DNA of 54,845 bases. Origin: Nitrospinota bacterium (lineage in GTDB: Bacteria > UBA8248). The stretch spans positions 1 to 54,845 of the forward strand of contig JASLZZ010000094.1 of NCBI GenBank assembly GCA_030754595.1, read 5' to 3'. Made by a program: the position numbers and the translations under genes. Below the pieces are notes generated by a model. It was not told the DNA's origin. It saw only the letters and a program-made list of their open reading frames with translations, and made no database searches. Positions 29,697 to 39,816 of the stretch are shown one piece after another (positions within the stretch are counted from its first letter, which is position 1; every line of letters starts with the position of its first letter).

Positions 29697-30563
29697 TTGA
29701 TGAAAAGCAAGGGAAACTGGCGTAGCGGATTTGAAACGGTATCGAACATCCGGATGTTCTACCGCGATTGGCGCCCGGCCGGGGGAGAGTCGCTCCCGCC
29801 CGTGATCGCGCTGCACGGCTCCCTGTCCCAGGGCGCCATGTGGCTCGATACCGCCGAGAAAATCGGGAAGGTCCGGTTCGTTTGTCCGGATCAGCGCGGC
29901 TACGGCAAGAGCGAAGATCCCGGGCGGGGAGACGCGGCAGTGGACTTCGCCCAGGACGCCATCCGGCTGGCGGACGCGCTGGTCATCAGCCGCTATACGG
30001 TGATGGGCCATTCGTTCGCCGGGTCGATCGCCCTCAAGGTCGCCGCGATGGACCCGGATCGCGTCGCGAGCGTTGTGCTCGTCGACCCGACGGTCCGGAG
30101 CACGAAGGGAGCCCGGGGCAATCTCGACCTGGTGCGGAAGCGGCCTTACCGGTTCGATAATATCGAGGAGGCCCTGCGATTCTGGAAAGAATCCGAGGAA
30201 GGCCACTGGCCTGCTAGCAATCTCTCCCGGTTCGTCCGGTACATCATGGATATCAAGGGTGAGGGCGCGGCCTGCGAAATGCCCTTCGAGATGGAACGCC
30301 TGATTCGCCTCCGGGAGTTCCAGGCGTCCGCCGCGGGCGATTATTTTCCCGAAAAAATCGCCAAAAAAGTGAAGGCGCCCGTCCTGATCTTTCGCGGAGG
30401 TGTGAGCAACCGGCTTTCCAGCGAGGGCCATAAAAACCTCGAGTCGGGCTTTTCGAAAAAACCGAAAACCGTGGTTTGCCCCAAATCGGGTCATTTTCCT
30501 CCGGTGCAGGAACCGGCGATTTTCAACCGTGCCCTTACCCGATTTATCGGTGGGGTGAATTGA
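29697..30563 (+). CDS. Alpha/beta hydrolase
   Basis: LHG, PDQRGYG, GHSFAG, SGHF. Confidence 0.9.
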   Translation: MMKSKGNWRSGFETVSNIRMFYRDWRPAGGESLPPVIALHGSLSQGAMWLDTAEKIGKVRFVCPDQRGYGKSEDPGRGDAAVDFAQDAIRLADALVISRYTVMGHSFAGSIALKVAAMDPDRVASVVLVDPTVRSTKGARGNLDLVRKRPYRFDNIEEALRFWKESEEGHWPASNLSRFVRYIMDIKGEGAACEMPFEMERLIRLREFQASAAGDYFPEKIAKKVKAPVLIFRGGVSNRLSSEGHKNLESGFSKKPKTVVCPKSGHFPPVQEPAIFNRALTRFIGGVN

Positions 30564-30618
30564 GCAATGCATAGGATTGGACTTGATAAATCAGACGCGA
30601 CCGGACGGGGGTCCTGAA

Positions 30619-32430
30619 ATGGCCGAAGTCCAGGAAGCCTTGCAGCAGCCGGGCCTCGAAGAAGGTTCCGAGACGGAGGCAAAACAGGGAATAAAGCTCA
30701 AGGCCCATAGGCTGGGTCAGCTTTCCGCCACGGCCATCTGCGGAAACGACATTACCTCTTCGTGTCTCTACGTTTCGGCGCTGGCGATTATCTACGCGGG
30801 GAAATGGGCGCCTGTTTCGCTTTTGATGGTCGCTGCGGTTTTGTACCTTTACCGCTCCATCTACGCCGAGGTCGTCGGCGCCCTGCCGCTCAATGGCGGT
30901 GCCTATAACGCCCTGCTGAACACGACCAGTAAATCCCGCGCCTCTATCGCCGCCTGCCTGACCATTCTCTCCTACATGGCGACGGCTGTTATATCGGCGA
31001 GCGAGGCGATGCATTACGTCCAGTCGCTTTGGAGCGGCTTGCCGATCATCCCCGCCACGATTGCCCTGCTGGCGGTGTTCATGATCCTGACGATAGTCGG
31101 AATCACCGAATCGGCGATCGTCGCGGTGGTGATATTTATCGTTCATATCGTCACCCTGATATTATTGATCGTGGTCGGTGGGGGGTTCTTATTGACGAAC
31201 GGGCTGAGCACTCTTTTCGAGAACCTTCAAACGTCCCCGCCGGGAGGTCTGACGACGGCGCTGGTGTTCGGGTTCGCCGCCGCCATGCTCGGCGTTTCGG
31301 GGTTCGAGAGTTCCGCTAATTTCGTCGAGGAGCAGGACGAGGGCGTATTCCCCAAAACCCTTCGCAACATGTGGGTTGCCGTGACCGTGTTTAACCCGGC
31401 CATGGCGCTTTTGGCCCTCGCTCTCATTCCCATCGGCGAGGTCGACTCTCATCAGGAGGCGCTTCTTTCCTACATGGGAGCGATCTCCGGAGGGGCCTGG
31501 CTCTCCTGGTTGATCAGCATCGATGCGGCCCTCGTGCTCAGCGGAGCCGTGCTGACCAGCTACGTCGGCGTGAACGGCCTGATTCTCAGGATGACGCTGG
31601 ATCGCTGCCTGCCCCAGACACTTCTCAAGACGAACCGCCGCCACACTTTCCACCGGATTATTATCGTTTTCTTTTTGCTGGCCGTTTCCGTTTTGCTGAT
31701 TACGGAGGGCGAGCTGAAAGCGCTCGCCGGGGTGTACACCCTTTCGTTCCTTTCCGTCATGGCGCTGTTCGCCCTCGGAAATATTTTGTTGAAGGTGAAG
31801 CGGACGCGCCTCCCCCGGCCTTCCCGGGCGGGATGGACCACCGTCATCGTCGGCATCGTCGCCGTTCTCGTTGGCCTGGTCGGCAACGCGATCATGAACC
31901 CGCCGTATCTGCGCGTTTTCATCAATTATTTCATCCCTTCGATGCTGATCATCGCGATTATGCTCACCCGGATCAAGCTCTTGAAAGGATGCCTGTTCCT
32001 TGTGCGCATCATCAGTGCGTCGCTTTATAATTTTCTGGGCGGAGTCACCGACTCCATCAGGCACAAAATCGGAGAAATCAACTCCCAGCAGGTGGTTTTT
32101 TTCACCCGTGGAGATAACGTAGCCAACCTGAATAACGCGGTTCTTTATGTTCGGGACAACGAGCACACCAACCGTGTGAAGATTGTCACCGTTGTCGCCA
32201 ACAAAAAAGAAGTTCCCGATAAACTCAAGGACGATCTAAAATTCCTTGACGAAACCTATCCTCACATCGACATTGATTTCGAGATTGTCGAAGGAACTTT
32301 CAGCCCCGACCTCATTCAGGAATTGTCCAGAAAATGGAACATCCCGGCCAACTTGATGTTTATCGGGTCCCCCGGCGGCAAGCTGCATTACAGCCAGGCC
32401 GAGCTGGGCGGAGTCCGGTTGGTCATTTAA
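30619..32430 (+). CDS. APC family amino acid permease
   Basis: ATAICGNDITSSCLY, PLNGGAY, SGFESSANF; about 12 TM plus C-terminal soluble domain. Confidence 0.88.
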   Translation: MAEVQEALQQPGLEEGSETEAKQGIKLKAHRLGQLSATAICGNDITSSCLYVSALAIIYAGKWAPVSLLMVAAVLYLYRSIYAEVVGALPLNGGAYNALLNTTSKSRASIAACLTILSYMATAVISASEAMHYVQSLWSGLPIIPATIALLAVFMILTIVGITESAIVAVVIFIVHIVTLILLIVVGGGFLLTNGLSTLFENLQTSPPGGLTTALVFGFAAAMLGVSGFESSANFVEEQDEGVFPKTLRNMWVAVTVFNPAMALLALALIPIGEVDSHQEALLSYMGAISGGAWLSWLISIDAALVLSGAVLTSYVGVNGLILRMTLDRCLPQTLLKTNRRHTFHRIIIVFFLLAVSVLLITEGELKALAGVYTLSFLSVMALFALGNILLKVKRTRLPRPSRAGWTTVIVGIVAVLVGLVGNAIMNPPYLRVFINYFIPSMLIIAIMLTRIKLLKGCLFLVRIISASLYNFLGGVTDSIRHKIGEINSQQVVFFTRGDNVANLNNAVLYVRDNEHTNRVKIVTVVANKKEVPDKLKDDLKFLDETYPHIDIDFEIVEGTFSPDLIQELSRKWNIPANLMFIGSPGGKLHYSQAELGGVRLVI

Positions 32431-32629
32431 CGGGTGAAAATCTTCTCCAGTCTTTTGTCGGCCGGGTCTAGATTCCGCCGCCTGAGTGGGCACGCCGCCA
32501 ATTTCACGCCAACTGAAATTCCGGTTATGATAGTCATGCGCTGGCGTTGGGCGAACAAATTTTATCCCTTGATGAGGACGCGCGCCGGGGAGGACCCCTT
32601 CCGGACTCATCTGGCCGTTTTTCGGGAAT

Positions 32630-33340
32630 ATGTCAAAAATTTTTAAAAGTGCTACGGCTGCCGTCGCGGATATACCGGCCGGCGCCAGAGTCTTGATCGG
32701 TGGCTTCGGCATCTGCGGCATGGCGCACAATTTGTGCAAGGCGCTGAGCGAGCGGGACGGGGCCGGGAACCTCAAGATTGTCAGCAATGCCGGGGGAGTG
32801 AACGGTTGGGGCGCCGGGCTTTTGTTCGAGGCGGAAAAGGTCAAGAGCATTATCGCCACTCGGGTGGGTCCGGCCTGCAAGGCTTATGAAGACCAGATTC
32901 TGAGTAATGAGATCGAGATTGAATTGATCCCCCAGGGAACCTTCGCGGAGAGAATCAGGGCTGGTGGGGCAGGAATCGGCGGTTTTTTCACGCCCACCGG
33001 CGCGGGCACCGTTGTCGCCGATGGAAAGGAAAGCCGCACCATCGATGGGCGCGAGCATATCCTGGAAATGCCCATTCGGGGGGATTTCGCGCTGATCAAG
33101 GCCTGGAAAGCGGACGAGGCCGGAAATCTGATCTACCGGATGAGCGCTCGGAATTTTAACCCCGCCATGGCGACGGCGGCGGAGGTGACCATCGCCGAGG
33201 TCGAGGAGATCGTCCCGGTCGGAGAACTCGATCCGGAGCGGATTCATACGCCGGGAATTTTCGTTCAGCGCCTGGTCCTCGCCGAGGACAAGGAAAAGCC
33301 TATTGAAATCAAGACCAACAGGCCCCGGGCGGACCGGTAA
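32630..33340 (+). CDS. 3-oxoacid CoA-transferase subunit A
   Basis: IGGFG, PQGTFAERIRAGGAG, ARNFNP, IHTPGIFV. Confidence 0.93.
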   Translation: MSKIFKSATAAVADIPAGARVLIGGFGICGMAHNLCKALSERDGAGNLKIVSNAGGVNGWGAGLLFEAEKVKSIIATRVGPACKAYEDQILSNEIEIELIPQGTFAERIRAGGAGIGGFFTPTGAGTVVADGKESRTIDGREHILEMPIRGDFALIKAWKADEAGNLIYRMSARNFNPAMATAAEVTIAEVEEIVPVGELDPERIHTPGIFVQRLVLAEDKEKPIEIKTNRPRADR

Positions 33341-33352
33341 CCGAGGACACCG

Positions 33353-34015
33353 ATGGCTTTGACAAGAGAGGAAATCGCGCGACGGGCCGCCCTGGAGGTC
33401 CCCCGGGGGGGGTATGTCAACCTGGGCCTGGGGATTCCGACCCTCGTGAGCAATTTCATCCCCCCCGAGGAGGAGGTCACGATCCATTCCGAAAACGGGA
33501 TTCTGGGCGTCGGGCCGTTTCCCTACGAGGGAGAAGAGGACGCCGATCTCGTCAACGCCAGCAAGGAAACAGTGACGCTGATGCCGGGCGCGTCGTTTTT
33601 CGACAGCGCCGCGTCGTTTTCGATGGTTCGCGGCGGGCATATCGACGTGACGATCCTGGGCGCCATGCAGGTGGCGGCAAACGGCGATCTGGCCAATTGG
33701 GCGGTGCCGGGAAAGATGATCTCCGGAATGGGCGGGGCGATGGACCTCGTCGTCGGGGCCAAGAAGGTAATCATCACCATGAGGCACTGCACCCGGAAGG
33801 GGGAGCCCAAGATTTTGAACGAATGCTCTTTCCCGCTGACGGGAAAAGGGGTGGTGGATATCGTCGTTACCGAGTTGGCCATGATTTCCGTCGAGGAGGG
33901 CGGCCTCGTTTTGCGGGAGCTGGCCCAGGGCGTCAGCGAGGACGAGGTTCGCTCCAAAACCGAGGCCCCGCTCGCCGCCGCCCCCGATATCAGGGAGATG
34001 TTCGCGGCGGCCTGA
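33353..34015 (+). CDS. 3-oxoacid CoA-transferase subunit B
   Basis: [22 protein letters not shown]. Confidence 0.93.
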   Translation: MALTREEIARRAALEVPRGGYVNLGLGIPTLVSNFIPPEEEVTIHSENGILGVGPFPYEGEEDADLVNASKETVTLMPGASFFDSAASFSMVRGGHIDVTILGAMQVAANGDLANWAVPGKMISGMGGAMDLVVGAKKVIITMRHCTRKGEPKILNECSFPLTGKGVVDIVVTELAMISVEEGGLVLRELAQGVSEDEVRSKTEAPLAAAPDIREMFAAA

Positions 34016-34094
34016 AGCCGCGCCCCTTCGGCATGAGTTTCCTCCGCATGAGCCCCCCCGCCTCCCTCCGCCATGAGCCCCCGGAGGGCGCCCC

Positions 34095-34997
34095 GTGATC
34101 GATCTCGATGAATTCACCCACAAGTACTGGGGGCTTTTGAGCCAACACGCCTATCGTCTCACCGGGAGTATTCTCGACGCCGAGGATATCACCCAGGAGA
34201 CGATGCTCCGCGTGGTGGAGATGGGGCCGTCCATCGAAAATATCAAAAATCATTACGAGTGGCTCCACGTCGTCGCCACCGAAGCGGCGGTGGGCATGAT
34301 GCACAAGCCAATCCCGGTCGAAGAGTTCGATCTTCCGGATCTGATACAGACCACCGGGGCCGGGGCGGACCCCGACTCGCGGCCGGTGGGGGGCGAGGCC
34401 GGCCGGCCCGGCGTCACGCTCGATTTTCTGTTTCCGATTCAGTATATGGCGCCCGAGCAACGGGCGGTGGTAGTGCTCCGGGACGGTTTCGAGGACGGGG
34501 ACCGCGTCGCGGCATCCGCGCTCCAAGTCACCATCCAGGAAGTGTTCAAGATCGCCGGGGAGGCCGAGAAAACCCGCGCGGCGGTCCGCAAGCGCTGGGG
34601 CTCGACGGTGCCCTTCGTTCCGCTGGCCGGCGATGGAAAAACCGAGAAGGTGTTTGACCGGTTTTTAGAGGTGTTCCGGATGAAGGATGCGGTTTTGCTT
34701 CAGCAGCTTGTCTGGAAAAACGCCGAGATGGTGCTCGAAACGGAACGGACGACCGGCCAGGACTTCGTGGCCAAGGAGCTTTCCGCGCTCTCGAAGGGGA
34801 TGGGGAGCAAGCTCAAGTTCGATCCGATCTGGCTGAACGGGTGCCGGGGCGTTCTCATCTCGGATTGGCGCGCGCAAAACTCCGAGTGGCTACGGATGGC
34901 GCTGGGCCTTGTTTTATGCAACGAGCGCGAGGTCAGGGCCCTCAAGTGGTATCTGGACGGACACATCCTGCGAAAAATCCAGGTCGACGAATCCTGA
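34095..34997 (+). CDS. ECF sigma factor-like protein with C-terminal SnoaL-like extension (divergent)
   Basis: AYRLTGSILDAEDITQE (region 2), PEQRAVVVLRD (region 4), WLNG in C-terminal part. Confidence 0.7.
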   Translation: MIDLDEFTHKYWGLLSQHAYRLTGSILDAEDITQETMLRVVEMGPSIENIKNHYEWLHVVATEAAVGMMHKPIPVEEFDLPDLIQTTGAGADPDSRPVGGEAGRPGVTLDFLFPIQYMAPEQRAVVVLRDGFEDGDRVAASALQVTIQEVFKIAGEAEKTRAAVRKRWGSTVPFVPLAGDGKTEKVFDRFLEVFRMKDAVLLQQLVWKNAEMVLETERTTGQDFVAKELSALSKGMGSKLKFDPIWLNGCRGVLISDWRAQNSEWLRMALGLVLCNEREVRALKWYLDGHILRKIQVDES

Positions 34998-35127
34998 TCC
35001 GAATTCGAATTTGACTCCGATTTCGCTCCCGTCCCCGAGGCCGGCAAGAAAGGAAAGGGACACAAGAAAGGATAGCGAAGAAATAGCCGCCGCTTGAAGT
35101 GGAAGCGAAATTCACGAAGATATATTG

Positions 35128-35156
35128 GGGGGCCTCTTCGGGGGCCCCCTTTTTTT
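35128..35156 (+). terminator. Rho-independent terminator
   Basis: GGGGGCCTC-ttcg-GGGGCCCCC followed by T7. Confidence 0.8.
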
Positions 35157-35217
35157 CTTCCTGATTGGAACATCCGACCTTAAATGGGAAATCCGGGAAC
35201 AAATAGTTTATCCGGGC

Positions 35218-35484
35218 CTAGAGAATCTTTCTTCTCTTCAGGCGCTCCTCGCACGGAATAATATCGGTGTTGCCCAGCCAGAGGTCCCATGCGCCGTGGT
35301 GGCCGATGTCCACCCCCTCGGCCTGGGCTTTTTCCTGGAGGGCGCTCTGGAGGTCGTCGAAGAGGCCGCAATCCATCAACTCGAGATTCTCCCGCAGGTG
35401 GCGGTGGAGGGTCCTGTAGACCAGCTTCATGTCATCGAAAGAGGCTTCGATCCGATCCGAGCCGTCTTTTGGCGTAAAAGCCAT
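35218..35484 (-). CDS. Small hypothetical protein
   Basis: RBS AAGGA; 88 aa; GVDIGHHGAWDLWLG. Confidence 0.6.
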   Translation of the reverse strand: MAFTPKDGSDRIEASFDDMKLVYRTLHRHLRENLELMDCGLFDDLQSALQEKAQAEGVDIGHHGAWDLWLGNTDIIPCEERLKRRKIL

Positions 35485-35689
35485 CGGCGAATTTTCCTTT
35501 CCATCAATGAGATTTTACGGTCCGATGTTTCGAAAAAAGAACGCCTCATCGAAGCGGGCGCAGTCTAGCCGATCGGCGCGAAGGATAAAATCTTTATTTT
35601 GGCCCGGTGTCCTAAAAAGGAAAGGGCCGAGGGCCCAAGAAATTGCAGGGGGATGGGCCCTCGGCTTTGGGGAGGGGGCTTGATTTCCT

Positions 35690-36721
35690 TTAATTCAGGC
35701 AGACCTTCTTCAGGTCCGCGAGATTATCGAGTACGTATCCTGTTCCCCGGACGATGGCGGTCAGGGGGTCCTTGGCCCGGAAGATGGGCAGATCGGTTTC
35801 GGCGTGAAGTCTCGACCCGAGGCCCTTGAGCAGCGAGCCGCCGCCGGCCAGGACGATGCCCCGGCGCCGGATGTCGGCGGCGAGTTCGGGGCTCGACTTC
35901 GAGAGAGCGTTGCGTATCGATTCGACGATTGCCCGGATTGGGCTGTCTAGCGCCTTGCGGATCATGGCGTCTGACAGCCGGACGGAACCCGGCATGCTGG
36001 TCGCGGCGTCAATCCCCGTGGCTTCTCCCTCGAGCGGCTCGGACAGGGGAGCCGCCGAGCCGATTTCGATCTTGATCCGCTCGGCCTCGAACGATCCGAT
36101 GGAGAGGCCGTGCTCGCGGCGCACGTAGCGCTGGATGCAGGTGTCCATCTCGTCGCCCGCCACGCGCAGCGACTCCGAGTAGGCGACGGCGAACTGAGAG
36201 ATGACAGCTACTTCGGTGGTTCCGCCCCCGATGTCGATGATCATGGAGGCGGCAACCTCCTGGATCGGAAGCTTCGATCCGATGGCCGCCGCCATCGGCT
36301 CCTCGATGAGGTGGACCTTCCCGGCGCCGCATTGCAGCGAGGAGTCGATCACCGCCTTCATCTCGACGCTGGTGATGCCCGAAGGGACGCAGACCATCAT
36401 CGTCGGCTGGCTGATCCGCTTTTTGGTGACGACCGAGCCGATGAAATATTTGATCATCGCCTTGGTCACGTCGAAGTCGGCGATGACGCCGTCCTTCATG
36501 GGACGGATTGTCTGGATGCTCTTGGGGGTCCGGCCGTACATTTCCTTGGCGCGCTTCCCGACGGCGATGACGTCGCCGCCGTTGTCCGAGCTGAGCGCGA
36601 CGACGGAGGGCTCGTCGAGAACGATTCCGCTGTCCTTGGTGTATATCAGCGTGTTCGCGGTTCCGAGATCCATGGCGATCTTCGCACCGAAAAACGATCT
36701 GAAGCGGTTAAGCGAGAACAT
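35690..36721 (-). CDS. mreB: Rod shape-determining protein MreB homologue
   Basis: DLGTANT, RPMKDGVIADF, EEPMAAAIG, DIGGGTTEV. Confidence 0.93.
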   Translation of the reverse strand: MFSLNRFRSFFGAKIAMDLGTANTLIYTKDSGIVLDEPSVVALSSDNGGDVIAVGKRAKEMYGRTPKSIQTIRPMKDGVIADFDVTKAMIKYFIGSVVTKKRISQPTMMVCVPSGITSVEMKAVIDSSLQCGAGKVHLIEEPMAAAIGSKLPIQEVAASMIIDIGGGTTEVAVISQFAVAYSESLRVAGDEMDTCIQRYVRREHGLSIGSFEAERIKIEIGSAAPLSEPLEGEATGIDAATSMPGSVRLSDAMIRKALDSPIRAIVESIRNALSKSSPELAADIRRRGIVLAGGGSLLKGLGSRLHAETDLPIFRAKDPLTAIVRGTGYVLDNLADLKKVCLN

Positions 36722-38171
36722 TGGATGTCATCCCCCCCGTAAGACACATTTGGTTGATTCCTGAGGACTTGGCTGATTTGAGAGCTTTCGAGGCGGCCAG
36801 GAACAGCGCTTCCGCGTCGCCGGCGTTTTCCGGGAAACACGAGGCTCCTACGCATGCGCTGAGAGATATCTCCCTTTGTCCGAGCCGAAGGGGGTTCTCG
36901 TTGATCGCCATCAGAATGTGATCGGCCACCGCCTCCGCATGCTCGGTGGAGGTCCCCTCCAGAAGTAGGAAAAACCGCGCGCCCTCGTAGCGGACCAGAA
37001 TATCCCCGTCCCTCGCGAAGGGCTTGAGCAGTTCGAACAGGTGACGTGTAAGCTCCTCGGGGCCGGCCGGCCCGTATTCGCTCCGGATGAAATTCACATC
37101 GTCGGGCTCGATGTCCAGCAAGGCGACGTGCCGCCCCCGCGGGCCGGCGTACTGGAGAATTTCATCTATCCGGGTACGGAGAAATTCGAAGTTCCGCCCG
37201 CCGGTGGCGGGGTCGAATTCCGCCCGCTGCCGCCATTTTTTCTCCCGCCTCACGCGCGCGACGGCGTCCGCTACGGGGACCGCGATCACTTCGGCGCGTT
37301 TGAGCGCATAAGGGTCGAACTGGCCCCGCTGGCGGTTGGTGAATCCGAGGACGCCAATCGGTTTTCCGCCGACGATCAGCGGGACAGCCGCTACCGAGTG
37401 CGCGTCAAAACCCGGCTCGCCTTCTTGGAACAGGGGCCTTCTCCTCAAGTCGGGGAGCCTCAGGGACTCGTTTTTGGTGAGGACGTAGCCGGATACGCTC
37501 GAGCGGTCGCTTATCTTGATGTCGTCCATGAAAAGTTCACCGAACCCGGAGGTGCGGACAAGACGCGAAACGCCTGCTTCCTCGTCTTTTAAAACGAGGA
37601 AGCAGGCGGTAAAGGGGACCAATCCGCGTGGTACAAGGCAGATCGCGTTGAGCAGCTGATCCTCGCTGTCGCAGGAGTGCAGCGAAGCGAGGTAACTGCC
37701 GAACGACTCGACGTTGACGCTCCGGCGTTCTACTTTCGCCGCCATTAAAGCGCCGTCCACCAGATATGCGAATTGCTGGGCGAACCCTGCTAGAATTTTT
37801 TGACTTTTGTTGGTGAAGGACCACCGTTTTTTACCGTCCACGGCGAGGGCCCCTTTCGTCATCGTCGAGGGAAGGGGGGCCGCCATGAAGGTCTTGATGT
37901 CTTCGTCGCGGCTGTAGTAGCCGAGAACGATGGTGTCCTTGTCGAATTGGTTGATGCTGAGCGGTTCGTCGTTCTCCAGCACCCAGCCCATGAAACCCTG
38001 GCCGTGTTTGATCGAAGCGTTGGGAGTGATGTGGGGGCTCAGGCTGTGAAAGGTGGTCAGTTGGAACTCTTTTCGCCGCTTATTTTCGAGAAACAGACAG
38101 GCCGAATAGGCTTCTGTCACATTGCTGACCAGGGTAATGAGAGAAAACAGGTCTCTTTCCAGATTGGTCAT
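36708..38171 (-). CDS. GAF-GAF-GGDEF(degenerate) protein
   Basis: Two GAF-like segments; DPATG, LVRYEGARF at the RxGGDEF position, SACVGAS.FP. Confidence 0.78.
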   Translation of the reverse strand: MTNLERDLFSLITLVSNVTEAYSACLFLENKRRKEFQLTTFHSLSPHITPNASIKHGQGFMGWVLENDEPLSINQFDKDTIVLGYYSRDEDIKTFMAAPLPSTMTKGALAVDGKKRWSFTNKSQKILAGFAQQFAYLVDGALMAAKVERRSVNVESFGSYLASLHSCDSEDQLLNAICLVPRGLVPFTACFLVLKDEEAGVSRLVRTSGFGELFMDDIKISDRSSVSGYVLTKNESLRLPDLRRRPLFQEGEPGFDAHSVAAVPLIVGGKPIGVLGFTNRQRGQFDPYALKRAEVIAVPVADAVARVRREKKWRQRAEFDPATGGRNFEFLRTRIDEILQYAGPRGRHVALLDIEPDDVNFIRSEYGPAGPEELTRHLFELLKPFARDGDILVRYEGARFFLLLEGTSTEHAEAVADHILMAINENPLRLGQREISLSACVGASCFPENAGDAEALFLAASKALKSAKSSGINQMCLTGGMTSNVLA

Positions 38172-38474
38172 GAAAAATCCTGCATGGGGCGAAGCCGGGA
38201 ACACCTTGTATATTACATAGAAAGAGGCGTTGTCTCAAGTAAAATTTTAAATGTCCCGCATAACTATTTGATATATATGCGAATATTCGTGAAAATATTT
38301 TTCGACTCCCGAAATACTCTAATGTTGTTTATGCGGTAAGGATTGCAATTTATTGTTTTTTAAGGAGTTATTTAACGAAAACGCGAAGGGTGTGAAAATC
38401 TATATATGGGGAGCCAATCAGGAAATCAAACTATATCTGGGGTTAAAAAAATTCGAGGCCGAACGATGGAACGA

Positions 38475-39044
38475 TCACGCGCCGGGAAGCTTTTCACCGA
38501 TCCAGGATCGCCAGTCGCGGAAGGCGGCGCGCGTGGTGTCGAAGGCCAGGTCATCGAAAGGAATTTCATCGGGCCCGACGAGCCGCAGTTCCGTACTCTC
38601 GTCGAGGGCGCGCGGCTCCCCTCCGGTCACCTCTCCCGCGTAAACGATCAGGATCGTCGGATTCCCCGGGAAAGAGTAAACGCCCAGAAGCGGACCCACC
38701 CTCACATCGACGCCGGCTTCCTCTTTTGTTTCGCGGGCGGCGGCTTCGCTGACCACTTCGCCGCGATTGACGAAGCCTCCAGGAAAAGTCCAGAGACCCT
38801 TGCCCGGGTTGTACGCCCTCTTGAGGATGATGGCTTTTCCGTCGATGGACGGAATGACGCCGGCCGCGACCTTGGGGTCGAGAAAATGAACGTGTTTGCA
38901 CTTTGGACCGTCGCAGCAAAGCTGCATCGAGTCATCGCCCTCCGTCCAGGCGCGATAGACGAGTTCCGAGCCGCACGAAACGCAGAAACGGATGTTTCCC
39001 CCGAGATGGGGATGGGCCGCGGGAGGGGGAGAAATTTCGCTCAT
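38475..39044 (-). CDS. NUDIX hydrolase with zinc ribbon
   Basis: FCVSCG, PGGFVNRGEVVSEAAARETKEEAG. Confidence 0.9.
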   Translation of the reverse strand: MSEISPPPAAHPHLGGNIRFCVSCGSELVYRAWTEGDDSMQLCCDGPKCKHVHFLDPKVAAGVIPSIDGKAIILKRAYNPGKGLWTFPGGFVNRGEVVSEAAARETKEEAGVDVRVGPLLGVYSFPGNPTILIVYAGEVTGGEPRALDESTELRLVGPDEIPFDDLAFDTTRAAFRDWRSWIGEKLPGA

Positions 39045-39703
39045 TGAAGAAAGTTTTCGGCGTCTTCCTGGCAAAACGGGTTTGTTTCTTTCTCGCGTCC
39101 GATTGTGGTTTCGGGTCCGTGGCCGGGATACACCACCGTATCGGCGGGGAGGGCGAGCAACTGCGTCCGGATGGAATTCAAGAGGGTTTTGGCGCTTCCC
39201 ATGTATAAATCAGTCCGCCCGATCGAACCGGCGAAAAGCGTATCGCCCACGATGGCATGGCCGGTCCCGTTTTCGCCGCCCGGCCAGTACAGTGTGATGT
39301 TTCCGGGGGCGTGTCCGTCGGTCAATCTGATCTCGAATGTAATTTCACCGACCGTCAGACTCTCGCCGGGAGTGAGAAGCCCGTCCATTTCGGGAACCTC
39401 CGGTTTCGGAAACCCATACCCCTGCGCGACGGCGGGCATGCTCCGGAGGTTGTGAAGCTCCGCTTCGTGAAGAAGATAGGGAAGGCCGAGCTTTTCCTTT
39501 GCCTCGGCGACCCCCTCGGCATGGTCGAGGTGGGCGTGGGTGCCGACGAGGCGGGTCAGGCGAAGCCCGGCCGCCCGGGCCGCCTCGATGACGCGGCCCA
39601 CCTCCGCGCCGGGATCGACGTAGATCCCCTCGCCGGTTTTCTCGCAGCCGACGATATAGCTGTTCATCTGAAACGGGCCGACGGCCAGGCGTTCGATAAT
39701 CAT
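39041..39703 (-). CDS. MBL-fold metallo-hydrolase
   Basis: THAHLDH, GHAPG, GDTLF, PGHG. Confidence 0.92.
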   Translation of the reverse strand: MIIERLAVGPFQMNSYIVGCEKTGEGIYVDPGAEVGRVIEAARAAGLRLTRLVGTHAHLDHAEGVAEAKEKLGLPYLLHEAELHNLRSMPAVAQGYGFPKPEVPEMDGLLTPGESLTVGEITFEIRLTDGHAPGNITLYWPGGENGTGHAIVGDTLFAGSIGRTDLYMGSAKTLLNSIRTQLLALPADTVVYPGHGPETTIGREKETNPFCQEDAENFLQ

Positions 39704-39816
39704 CGAATGTTTCCATCCATGAGTAGTGGGGGATTCGGCGGAAGAGAGCGAGGCGAGGTTCCCGCATGACGTCTCAAGGCTCTACGGAACCCGCGAAAGC
39801 GTTCGGAAAAATCCGG

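Noticed and set aside
34025..34085. Repeated CATGAG / CTCCG(C)CATGAGCCCCC upstream of the sigma factor gene
   Set aside because: Short and irregularly spaced; probably a local duplication with no supportable function
32633..34123. 496-aa minus-strand ORF, and similar long ORFs 41545-42918, 40794-41804, 24125-25126
   Set aside because: Antisense shadows of well-supported genes in GC-rich DNA
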